DNA from: Spirochaetaceae bacterium
Lineage (GTDB): Bacteria; Spirochaetota; Spirochaetia; DSM-27196; SLST01
Assembly (NCBI GenBank): GCA_007694025.1
Contig: RECL01000266.1
Coordinates: 1 to 37,619, forward strand
Length of the DNA stretch: 37,619 nt
Direction: 5' to 3'
Part shown: positions 27,139 to 35,815 of the stretch, piece after piece
How the letters are laid out: the number at the start of each line of letters is the position of its first letter
How positions within the stretch are numbered: the first letter of the stretch is position 1
Made by a program: the position numbers and the translations under genes
Notes under the pieces: model-generated
The model's database searches: none
What the model saw: only the letters and a program-made list of their open reading frames with translations
What the model was told of the DNA's origin: nothing

Positions 27139-28326
27139 ATGCGTAGAATCGCCATTCTCCTCATGCTTGTCGTCGTCGTGGCGGCGATGCCGGCGCAGAC
27201 ATCGACGTTCGCCGAGTACGAGACGCGTCACTACAGGGTTCTTTCGGAACTCGGTGAGGAGCATGCCCGCGCGACCGCGGAGAAGCTCGAGTCTCTGCTG
27301 GTCGTATTCAACGACTACTTCCACTTTGATCTGGACGAGCTTCCGGTGCGGATGCGCGCACGCTTCTTCAGCTCCAGATCACGGTTCGACACCTACCTTG
27401 ATCGAGTCATCAACGATCGCCGCGACGACTTCGTCTACCTGCACTACACCGATCTGGCACGCAGCGAGCTTGTCGGCTTCCGGACCGACGACGATGCGTT
27501 CGATGTTTCGCTCAAGCATCAGGGGTTCATCCAGTTTCTGCGCGCCTTCGTCCCTCACCCGCCGTTGTGGCTCCGCGAAGGGTTCGCGGTCTACTTCGAG
27601 CAGGTCGCCTTCGATCCGGACCTCGGCGTCGCGCTCTACCGGGAGAACCTTGCGTGGCTGGAGACGCTGCAGTCGATCCTCGACGGCACCGCCGGGCTCG
27701 AACCGATCGGGCTCGCCGAGATGGTCCGCATGACGGTGGAGCAGGCACGGTCGCGGATCGATGTCTTCTACCCGCAGGCGTGGGGTATGGTGAACTTCCT
27801 GCTGAACAGCCCGAATCGCGACCACAACCGCATCATCTGGGACTCGATCAGCGCGCTCGATCCGCAGTCGGGGCTCGCACAGAACTCTGAACGCGTGTAT
27901 CAGCGCGCGTTCCGATGGGTACCCGAGTCGATCCTGGTGGAGGCGTACGTCGACTACGTCGCCGGCCGGCGAAGCTTCCGGACCCTCGTGCAGGACGGTG
28001 TCCGCCAGTACGCGGCAGGCGAACTCGCGGCAGCCGAGGAGAGCTTCGTCACCGGGCTGAAACTGCGTGAGGACAACTTCATCCCGTTCTACTACATGGG
28101 GCTGATCAACTACGATCGCGGGAACCACGCGCTCGCCGACTTCTACTACCAGGAAGCACTCAGCCGCGGCGCGAATGAGGCGCTGACGCTCTACGCGCTT
28201 GGAGTGAACGCGTTCGCCGACAACCGGTTCGACGACGCGGTTGCCTACCTTGAGAGAACCGTCGAGATCGATCCGGATGCGTTCCGCGACAAGGCGGGAC
28301 AGCTGATAGCGCGGATACAGGGCTGA
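27139..28326 (+). CDS. Secreted protein with zincin-like domain and C-terminal TPRs
   Basis: Signal peptide; ETRHYRVLS, PLWLREGFAVYFE and FYPQAWGMVNFL motifs; TPR-like tail. Confidence 0.8.
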   Translation: MRRIAILLMLVVVVAAMPAQTSTFAEYETRHYRVLSELGEEHARATAEKLESLLVVFNDYFHFDLDELPVRMRARFFSSRSRFDTYLDRVINDRRDDFVYLHYTDLARSELVGFRTDDDAFDVSLKHQGFIQFLRAFVPHPPLWLREGFAVYFEQVAFDPDLGVALYRENLAWLETLQSILDGTAGLEPIGLAEMVRMTVEQARSRIDVFYPQAWGMVNFLLNSPNRDHNRIIWDSISALDPQSGLAQNSERVYQRAFRWVPESILVEAYVDYVAGRRSFRTLVQDGVRQYAAGELAAAEESFVTGLKLREDNFIPFYYMGLINYDRGNHALADFYYQEALSRGANEALTLYALGVNAFADNRFDDAVAYLERTVEIDPDAFRDKAGQLIARIQG

Positions 28327-28374
28327 TCGCAGAGCGCATCGGTGACGCGCCCGCTGCGGGTGACGCGCGCCTGC

Positions 28375-29565
28375 CTACTCTTTGGATGAGTCGGTGCGCG
28401 GCCGCCGTGGGCGTCGGCGCCGTCTGCGCGCCGGACGCGGCGACGCGTCAGGATCGGTCTCGTGCCGGTACGGTTCGTCCTCCTGCCGGACGCGTTCGGT
28501 CGCGGGCGTGAGCTCGAGCTCGCCCGCCTTGACGTAGTTCTTCCGCCTTCGGATCAGGTATACAAGCGCGAGTTCGATATCCTTGTTAGCCGGGACGATC
28601 GGTTTCAGGACCGATTTGAGCGCGGAAAACGCGTCGGCAAATGCGATGCGCGGCTCGGCGCCAGCCGCCGTGTGTTCGAACAGGTAGTCGGCGCAGAGGT
28701 AGGCGACGCCGCGCGACCTGCGATCCTCAAGCCCGTCGCGCACCTCGCAATCGAGCGCGGACAGCCGGTGCAGCAGCTTCGAGCGGAACCCCTTGTCGGC
28801 AGCGAGCTTTGCGAACTCGGGCAGCATGTGCTCGAACAGACGGTATCTGATGCACTCCTCGACTATCTTTGACGACGCGCCCGACAGCAGGATCTTGAAG
28901 ACCTCTTCGGTCATCCGTGAGTACGGCGTGTCGGCAAGGAGCGCGCTCGAACGCTTGATCGCCCGTCGCACCGGCGCTACGAGCTTGAAGCCGGTGGTCG
29001 ACGCGTACTTGAGCGCGCGGATCATCCGGACCGGGTCCTCGGTGAAGATACGCTCGATCGGAATCAGGTTTCGCACCCTGCGGTGGCGGATATCGTCAAC
29101 GCCGCCGACGTAGTCGATGATCGTGTTGTCGGCCGGGCAGTAGAACAGCGCGTTCATCGTGAAGTCGCGCCGGAACACGTCCTCCTCGATATCACCGTAC
29201 TCGTTCTGAAACCCGACCGAGTTTTCGCTGCGAAACGTCGAGACTTCGACAATCTTGGTCCCGAAGAAGACGTGGACAAGCCGAAACCGTCGCCCGATGA
29301 CGCGCGAGTTGCGGAACAGACGCCGGATCCGGTTCGGTTGCGCGTCGGTCGCGATGTCGAAGTCCTTCGGGCGCTTGCCGATCAACAGGTCCCTGACCGC
29401 GCCTCCGACGATGTACGCGCGGTGACCGGAGCCCTGGAGACGCTTGGCGATGCGAACCGCGTCGGGATCGAGCGCGTCTGGATCGATGCGGTGCTCCTGG
29501 GGGGTGTAGATGACGGCCTGGCGCACCGCGCGGCCATCTCGGTTTTTCGTGTAACGAACGAGCAA
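28375..29565 (-). CDS. pcnB: Poly(A) polymerase I
   Basis: VGGAVRDLL, KDFDIAT, PAP-specific IGRRFRLVHV, RRDFTMNA, EDPVRMIRA, Arg-rich tail. TTG start at 29565 with GAGG SD. Confidence 0.93.
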   Translation of the reverse strand: MLVRYTKNRDGRAVRQAVIYTPQEHRIDPDALDPDAVRIAKRLQGSGHRAYIVGGAVRDLLIGKRPKDFDIATDAQPNRIRRLFRNSRVIGRRFRLVHVFFGTKIVEVSTFRSENSVGFQNEYGDIEEDVFRRDFTMNALFYCPADNTIIDYVGGVDDIRHRRVRNLIPIERIFTEDPVRMIRALKYASTTGFKLVAPVRRAIKRSSALLADTPYSRMTEEVFKILLSGASSKIVEECIRYRLFEHMLPEFAKLAADKGFRSKLLHRLSALDCEVRDGLEDRRSRGVAYLCADYLFEHTAAGAEPRIAFADAFSALKSVLKPIVPANKDIELALVYLIRRRKNYVKAGELELTPATERVRQEDEPYRHETDPDASPRPARRRRRRPRRPRTDSSKE

Positions 29566-29586
29566 AAAAGTACCTCTGGAACCGCA

Positions 29587-29616
29587 AGTATGGAGACAGA
29601 GAAACGACAGGGTCAA
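29587..29616 (-). promoter_or_regulatory. Putative pcnB promoter
   Basis: TTGACC, 18 nt, CATACT. Confidence 0.5.
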
Positions 29617-29682
29617 GCCCTTGCTTCAAAAGGGGCGGCCGGTCCGATGGGCAAACGGATATGGCGTCGGTATGTTAGGGGT

Positions 29683-31623
29683 GTGAAGGTCGTGGCTGCG
29701 CTGCTGGTGCTTGTCGCTGCGTACGGGGTGTTTGTCACCACGGACGGGTCAGCCGATGATCGCGGGTCGATCTCCTCCGCGGTGGAGATCGATGCGATTG
29801 TCGGTACAGGAGGACTCGTGGTACCGGGCACCTGGGTCCCGGTACTCGTAACCGCACGTGCAACCGCATCCGACGTTCGTGGTACCATCACGGTTCTGGT
29901 CGAAAGGGCCGGACGGACGGCCGAACGCGCCGCATCCCGCGTCGTGGAGCTTCCCGCGGGGACGACCAAGTCGTTCCGATTCGCGATCCCGCTCGTTTCC
30001 ACCGCCGAACCGGTCACGGTCGCCGTCGAGCGCGACGGGCGTACCCTCGCGTCAACACGCGTGTCCGTTGCCGGCAGAGGCGCGGCCGACAGCGTCATCG
30101 TCGCGCTGTCACGACAGCCGGCGCTCGACGCGCTGCTGGCGGCGGCGTCCTCAGCGAGGTCACCGTCGGTGCGCACGCCTGCCGTCCGCCCGATACCCGT
30201 CGCGTATCCGCTCCTTGATACGCTACCCGACGTCTGGTACGCCTACGACGGGGTCACGGCGGTCGTGATCCACGATGCGCGCATCCGGAGTCTCGAGACG
30301 AGTCAGATCGAGGCGCTGCGCGACTGGGTCGCAGCGGGGGGCAGGGCGATCGTATCGATCGGAGTGGAGTCGAGCCCGGCAGACCTGCGCGCGCTCGAAC
30401 CGATCCTTGCGCCGTTGCGCCGGACTGCACAAGCGTCCGCACCGCCGGCGGTCCGCCCGGTAGTCGCGACGGTAGCCGATGCCGGGCTCGAAGCGCTCGG
30501 CGTGGGCGTCCCGGCGACCGAGGCCGGCGGGCCGCTCGTGATCGTCGATGTCGCCGGATTCGGCCCGAGGGCGGCACGGTTCGCGCTCGGGCTTGGATCG
30601 GTCACGATCCTGCCGTTCGACGCTATCAACCTGGCGCGGGTCGCGCCGGTGACGAGCGTCGATACATGGCGTGTGCTGCTCGCGTCGGGGTCGACCGTGT
30701 CGGCGCCGTCGGTGACAAGGCGGCGACTTCTGGAGACTGAACTGATCGCAAATCAGCTTGGCGAGCTCGGCGGGGCGTTTGCACCACGTTGGCTCGTCGC
30801 TACCGGGCTGCTGCTCTACGCGGCTGTATGGGTGGCGGGCCTGTCGCTGATCGGTGCCCACCGGGGAGCCTCACGGCGAGTGATCGGCGCGACGATCGTG
30901 ATCGCCGCTACTGTGACTGCCGTCGCGCTGATCAGCGCGCTCGTCCGCCTGCAGCCCGACACACACGCGGTATCGGTCGAGCTCGCGGTCGCCGATTCGG
31001 CAAAGCGCTTTGCGATCGTTGAGCGGGATACCGCGGTGTTCAGCCGTTCGGCGTCGGAGTACTCGGTAGCGTATCAGGGCCGGCCGCTCGTTCCGACCGT
31101 CGGAACGGCCGCGCCTGCGGTCACTGACGACGAAGCCCGTCGGACCGTGACGCTGCCGCTGCGGCGATGGGGCTCGGACCTGTCGTACGCGCTCGACGTC
31201 GTCCCGCTCAACGTGATCGCGACGATCAGCGCGGCCGCGTCGTCGGGACGAACAGTTCGTGTGATCAACGAATCGGGGATGCTCCTCCGCGACGCCGTGG
31301 TAGTCGCCGATGGCGAGCTTCACCGGCTTGGCGACATTGCGGCCGGTGAACAACTCGAACGGCCGATCGGTAGCGGAGAGCGGGTCGACTCGATTCGTGA
31401 CTGGACGCGGTTCGTCGCGGGAAGCATCGATGCCGCACACCGCGCGCGCCTCCTCGGCGATATTGCTCGCGCTCCGGGATTCCACACGCGGAGTGACGGA
31501 CCGATCGCGATCGCGTGGCCGCAGACGCCGCTCCTGCCGGTCGATCTCGACAGCCGGTTTGACGACGCGGTCTCGATACACGTGATAGTGATCCGCCTGT
31601 CGGATCCGGAGACGCAACGATGA
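29683..31623 (+). CDS. Membrane-anchored protein with Ig-like and GATase-like domains (first gene of the MoxR operon)
   Basis: GTG 29683 begins a signal/TM segment; PGTWVPV..VELPAG; YDGVTAVVI...QIEALRDWVAAGG; two central TMs. The ORF-track extension to 29083 is antisense to pcnB. Confidence 0.72.
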   Translation: MKVVAALLVLVAAYGVFVTTDGSADDRGSISSAVEIDAIVGTGGLVVPGTWVPVLVTARATASDVRGTITVLVERAGRTAERAASRVVELPAGTTKSFRFAIPLVSTAEPVTVAVERDGRTLASTRVSVAGRGAADSVIVALSRQPALDALLAAASSARSPSVRTPAVRPIPVAYPLLDTLPDVWYAYDGVTAVVIHDARIRSLETSQIEALRDWVAAGGRAIVSIGVESSPADLRALEPILAPLRRTAQASAPPAVRPVVATVADAGLEALGVGVPATEAGGPLVIVDVAGFGPRAARFALGLGSVTILPFDAINLARVAPVTSVDTWRVLLASGSTVSAPSVTRRRLLETELIANQLGELGGAFAPRWLVATGLLLYAAVWVAGLSLIGAHRGASRRVIGATIVIAATVTAVALISALVRLQPDTHAVSVELAVADSAKRFAIVERDTAVFSRSASEYSVAYQGRPLVPTVGTAAPAVTDDEARRTVTLPLRRWGSDLSYALDVVPLNVIATISAAASSGRTVRVINESGMLLRDAVVVADGELHRLGDIAAGEQLERPIGSGERVDSIRDWTRFVAGSIDAAHRARLLGDIARAPGFHTRSDGPIAIAWPQTPLLPVDLDSRFDDAVSIHVIVIRLSDPETQR

Positions 31624-32399
31624 AACGGCGCCGAACAACCCACCCCATTGTAGCCGAAGCGATATCGCTCTACGTCGAGTCACGGCCGTTCCGGTCGCTC
31701 CATGGCCTCTACGTAGCCGCGCTCGCGATCGTCGTGGTGGTGGCGTGGCCTGGGCGATCGCCGATCTACTTCTACCGCGGCGGTTTCGTGCCACCGGTCT
31801 TTCTGACGGTGATCATCGCGCAGACGGTGCTCATAGGCGCGTTCAGCACGCTGTTCGGACTCGGGCGGCCCGCATCGCGACGAACCACCGGATTCGTTGA
31901 ATGGATTGAGGGTTCACCGCTGCCGACCCGCGAGATTCTTGGCTTCAAGCACGCGATCGGCCTGATCCATACGCTTGTGCTCGTCACGATAGCTACGCCA
32001 ATCGCCGTCGTCGCGGCCGTTCCGGTCGGCGTCCCACCGGTGACGATCGCGTCATCGATCGCCGTAGTAGCGCTGACCGGCATCGTGTGTCGCTCGGCCG
32101 GGCTCCTGATCGGATCGGTCGGTGAGCTCTCCTACGTCGTGCTTGTCGTCGGTCCGTGGGTGTTCGCGGCCGCGCTGTTTATCGGTACGATCGTCGTGTA
32201 TCCCCCGCTGAACCCGATCGCCGCGGTTTCCACGGTCGTGAACGCCGAGTCTGCGAGCGTGATCGCGCGCCAGATCCGCACAACCTTCGTGTCGGCTGTT
32301 CCGCTCTCCGCGCTGATCATCGCGGTGCACGGACGGGTGCTCGCTCGTATCCGAAGGCTCCATCGTGAGCGTACCGGACGCCACGCGGAGGACCGCTGA
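31620..32399 (+). CDS. Polytopic membrane protein, ABC-2 permease-like
   Basis: About 6 hydrophobic segments; SPLPTREILGFK and LNP motifs; overlaps both neighbours. Confidence 0.65.
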   Translation: MKRRRTTHPIVAEAISLYVESRPFRSLHGLYVAALAIVVVVAWPGRSPIYFYRGGFVPPVFLTVIIAQTVLIGAFSTLFGLGRPASRRTTGFVEWIEGSPLPTREILGFKHAIGLIHTLVLVTIATPIAVVAAVPVGVPPVTIASSIAVVALTGIVCRSAGLLIGSVGELSYVVLVVGPWVFAAALFIGTIVVYPPLNPIAAVSTVVNAESASVIARQIRTTFVSAVPLSALIIAVHGRVLARIRRLHRERTGRHAEDR

Positions 32400-33937
32400 T
32401 GCCGCGTCGTGACCGGCCAGACCGCGCGATGGAGAGCCTTGTGCGTCGCCTCGACGCGCGAGCAAAGCTGCTCGGCGCGCTGCGCACGGTTCCGATGGCC
32501 GTCGGGGCGTGTACCGCCGTATCGGCGCTGGCCGGACTCGCGCTCCTGATCACCACCTTGGGCGCGCCGTCTCCAGTGCGCGTGGAGTTCTGGCGCATTG
32601 TCGCGCTGGCCAACATCGGCGTGGCGGTCGTCGCGGCGCTTGCTGTTGCGTTGCGACCGGTTCGTCCGCTCGTCCTGCTTCGCGACGCCGACCATGCCTG
32701 CCACCTCCGGTCGCTGCTGGTAACCGGGTACGCGCTTGGGGAGCAGCCCACCGCTGAAGCCGATGCAGCCACCGGCTTCAACGAATCGGTTCTCCGTAGC
32801 GCGGTGTCCGCATCACGATCGGTCGACCCCGCCCGGGTCTACCCGGTCCCCCGGACGCGGGTGACCGCGATCACGGCGCTCCTGGTCGTGATGCTGGTGT
32901 CGATCGCAATCGTCGATCTGTCGCGGCCCGAGCCGCCTCCGCCGACCGACGGATACGGCACGATGCTCGCCGACCGGGGCCGGCGGCTCGCCGAGCGCGC
33001 GGGCACCGACCAGCAGCTCGTCGACCTTGCGGAGCGGATGCAGCGGCTCGGCGACGACCTTGACGACGGACGGATCGGAGTCGGGGAGGCGCGAGACCGG
33101 CTGCTTGAGATCGAATCCGCGATCGAACGGCAGCTCGCGAATATCCCGCGCGCGCAACCGTTCGCATCCGATGGTGCCGGATTGCCCGATGGCCTGGAGG
33201 CCGACATCCGCGCGGCGCTTGAGGCGGGGATGAGCGATGCAGAGGTCATCGACTTCGTGGCCCGGATGGGACGCGACGGATCGATGCTTCCCGACGAGGT
33301 CCGGGCACTCGAAGAGGCGGGCGAAGGCGTCGAAGCAGACGCGGTCGTCGGCTTTGACGAGCAGATGCGCCGACTGATCGATCAGCTGAACATCGCACGA
33401 TCCGACGACAGCGAAACCGGGCTGCTGAACGAGCTCACCGAAAGCCGCCGCGTCGTCGAGCAGGCGGGCGCAGGGCTCGCCGAGCTGACCGAAGGCGACG
33501 ACGACCCGATCGGGACGAGCGACGACAGCGGCGCGGGACGACCGGTGCGGGCCGGGCGCGACGATGCCGGCGCCGCGGACACCGACGGGCAGGCCCCCGG
33601 CGGCGCGCAGGGCGGGTCGGCCGCCGTTCTTGACGGACGCGACGGGTCGTTCGCACGGCTCGACGAGCGTTCGCAGGTCTTGCGACGCATACCGGGCGTT
33701 GTAACCGAAGGGTCGATTGTCGACCTGATCATCAGGCAGGCGCCGACCGAAGCGATCGCGCGACTGCCCGAAGTCGACCGGATGGGGCAGTACGAGCGGG
33801 TAGTCGAGTCGGCGATGGCCGGTGAGTCGGTGCCACAGGAACTCGAGCGGATCGTTCGCGACTACTTCCTGCGCATCGCTTTTGCAGACGTCGCGCCGCG
33901 TGACGGCAATGGAAGCGAAGGAGAGACCAATGAGTGA
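32399..33937 (+). CDS. Membrane-anchored coiled-coil protein
   Basis: Three N-terminal TMs, acidic helical region, Gly-rich linker, C-terminal VPQELERIVRDYF, a type of tail seen in MoxR-associated proteins. Confidence 0.72.
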   Translation: MPRRDRPDRAMESLVRRLDARAKLLGALRTVPMAVGACTAVSALAGLALLITTLGAPSPVRVEFWRIVALANIGVAVVAALAVALRPVRPLVLLRDADHACHLRSLLVTGYALGEQPTAEADAATGFNESVLRSAVSASRSVDPARVYPVPRTRVTAITALLVVMLVSIAIVDLSRPEPPPPTDGYGTMLADRGRRLAERAGTDQQLVDLAERMQRLGDDLDDGRIGVGEARDRLLEIESAIERQLANIPRAQPFASDGAGLPDGLEADIRAALEAGMSDAEVIDFVARMGRDGSMLPDEVRALEEAGEGVEADAVVGFDEQMRRLIDQLNIARSDDSETGLLNELTESRRVVEQAGAGLAELTEGDDDPIGTSDDSGAGRPVRAGRDDAGAADTDGQAPGGAQGGSAAVLDGRDGSFARLDERSQVLRRIPGVVTEGSIVDLIIRQAPTEAIARLPEVDRMGQYERVVESAMAGESVPQELERIVRDYFLRIAFADVAPRDGNGSEGETNE

Positions 33938-34934
33938 TGCCACTGGCAGTAGCATGAATCACGCGATCACGGACGCGGTCGATCGACTGACCCGCGCGCG
34001 CGAGGAGATCTCCTCGCGGATAGTCGGGCACGGTGAGCTTATCGACGAGCTGTTCGTCTGCCTGCTCTGCCGCGGACACGCGCTGATCGAAGGAGCCCCG
34101 GGACTCGGGAAGACCTATCTGATCAAGACCTTCGGCAACGTCCTTGCGCTGACTACGACGCGGATCCAGTTCACTCCCGATCTTATGCCGGCCGACATCG
34201 TCGGCACGAACGTGCTGATCCGCGACGAAACCGGCGACCAGGTGATCCGGTTCCAGAAGGGGCCGCTGTTCTCGCGGATCGTGCTCGCCGATGAGATCAA
34301 CCGCGCCACGCCGAAGACACAGTCGGCGATGCTCGAAGCCATGCAGGAGCAGGCGATCACGTACGCCGGCACGACCTACCCGCTGTCACACCCCTTCATC
34401 GTACTCGCGACGCAGAACCCGATCGAGATGGAAGGCACCTATCCGCTGCCGGAGGCGCAGCTTGACCGCTTCTTCTTCAAGATCAGCGTCGGGTACCCGA
34501 GCGCGGACGAACTGCTCGCTATCGTCGACCGGACGACGGGGCCGGCGCCATCGGCCGTCGGCCATGTTCTTGACGGAGCTCAGATCGTAGCGTTCCAGGA
34601 ACTCGTTCGCGCGATCGTCGTCGCGCGCCCGATCGCGGAGTACGCGGTCAGACTGGTCACGGCGACGCACCCGGGCTTGCCCGGCGCGCTCGAGGTCGTA
34701 CGGCGCGCGGTTCGTTACGGGTCGAGCCCGCGCGGCGCGCAGGGGCTGGTGCTCGCGGCGAAGGCGTTCGCGTTGATGGATGGTCGCGAACACGCGGGCT
34801 TCGAAGACATCCGCCGCGCGGCGCTGCCGGTGCTGCGCCATCGCCTGATCCCGAGCTTCCAGGGCGAGGCCGAAGGAGTCGATCCGGACACGATCGTGTC
34901 CGCGGTGGTCGACGCGGTTGCGGAGGTCGAGTGA
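33930..34934 (+). CDS. moxR: MoxR family AAA+ ATPase
   Basis: EGAPGLGKT, RIQFTPDLMPADI, ADEINRATPKTQSAMLEAMQE, ATQNPIEMEGTYPLPEAQLDRF. Start 33930 with AAGGAG SD. Confidence 0.96.
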   Translation: MSDATGSSMNHAITDAVDRLTRAREEISSRIVGHGELIDELFVCLLCRGHALIEGAPGLGKTYLIKTFGNVLALTTTRIQFTPDLMPADIVGTNVLIRDETGDQVIRFQKGPLFSRIVLADEINRATPKTQSAMLEAMQEQAITYAGTTYPLSHPFIVLATQNPIEMEGTYPLPEAQLDRFFFKISVGYPSADELLAIVDRTTGPAPSAVGHVLDGAQIVAFQELVRAIVVARPIAEYAVRLVTATHPGLPGALEVVRRAVRYGSSPRGAQGLVLAAKAFALMDGREHAGFEDIRRAALPVLRHRLIPSFQGEAEGVDPDTIVSAVVDAVAEVE

Positions 34935-35815
34935 CGGGGACGCGGATGCTCGACGAGTCTTTTCTGCGCGCGCTCGAGCAGCTGTCGTTCGTATCGCGAA
35001 GGGTTCGCCGCCGAGCCGTTCGGGGCGAGCGCGCGACCGTCAGACACGGAGCGTCACTCGAGTTCTCCGATCACCGCGCGTACCAGCCGGGTGACGACTT
35101 CCGATACCTCGACTGGAACATCTACATGCGACTGCAACGCCTGTTCGTGAAGGTGTTCACCGCAGAGGAAAACCTGACCGTCCACATCCTGATCGACACG
35201 AGCCGCTCGATGTCCTTCGGCGATCCGCCGAAGTTGTGGTACGCGGGTCGGCTGGCGGCGGCGCTTGGGTACCTGGCCGCGGTTGACCTTGACCGGGTCG
35301 GGGTCTGCGCGTTTGCCGACGGGATCGAAAGGTCGATGCCCCCGATCAGGACACGCGCGCAGATCACGTCGCTGTTCGGTTACATCGAGTCGCTGACTGC
35401 CCGCGGCGCGACCGACTTCAACGCAGCGCTCACCGACTACTCGCTCGCCGCGCGCCGGCCCGGACTCGCGATTGTGATCACCGATCTGCTCGATCCTGGA
35501 GGATACGAGCAAGGGCTCGGCGCGCTCCTCTACCGCGCATTTGACGTCGTTCTCCTTCACGTCCTGTCGACGGAGGAAGTCACCCCGTCAGTAAACGGTC
35601 TTGTCCGGCTGGTGGACTCGGAGACCGGCGAACAGACGTCGATAACCGCGGGCGCGGGCCTCACGCGCGAATACTCGGCGCGGCTTTCGAGCTTCCTGGA
35701 GCGCGTCGAGCGGTTCTGCGGAGATCGCGCGATCGATTACGTCCGCGCGACCACCGACATACCGTTCGAGCGGGTCATCCTGGATTCGATGCGCCGGGGG
35801 GCGTTCGTGCGATGA
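34931..35815 (+). CDS. DUF58 (vWA-like) protein
   Basis: EFSDHRAYQPGDDFRYLDWN, IDTSRSM, VITDL, LVDSETG. Confidence 0.93.
   Translation: MTGTRMLDESFLRALEQLSFVSRRVRRRAVRGERATVRHGASLEFSDHRAYQPGDDFRYLDWNIYMRLQRLFVKVFTAEENLTVHILIDTSRSMSFGDPPKLWYAGRLAAALGYLAAVDLDRVGVCAFADGIERSMPPIRTRAQITSLFGYIESLTARGATDFNAALTDYSLAARRPGLAIVITDLLDPGGYEQGLGALLYRAFDVVLLHVLSTEEVTPSVNGLVRLVDSETGEQTSITAGAGLTREYSARLSSFLERVERFCGDRAIDYVRATTDIPFERVILDSMRRGAFVR

Noticed and set aside
29083-29682. Long N-terminal extension of the 846-aa ORF
   Set aside because: Antisense to pcnB and its promoter; the signal-like segment starts at 29683.
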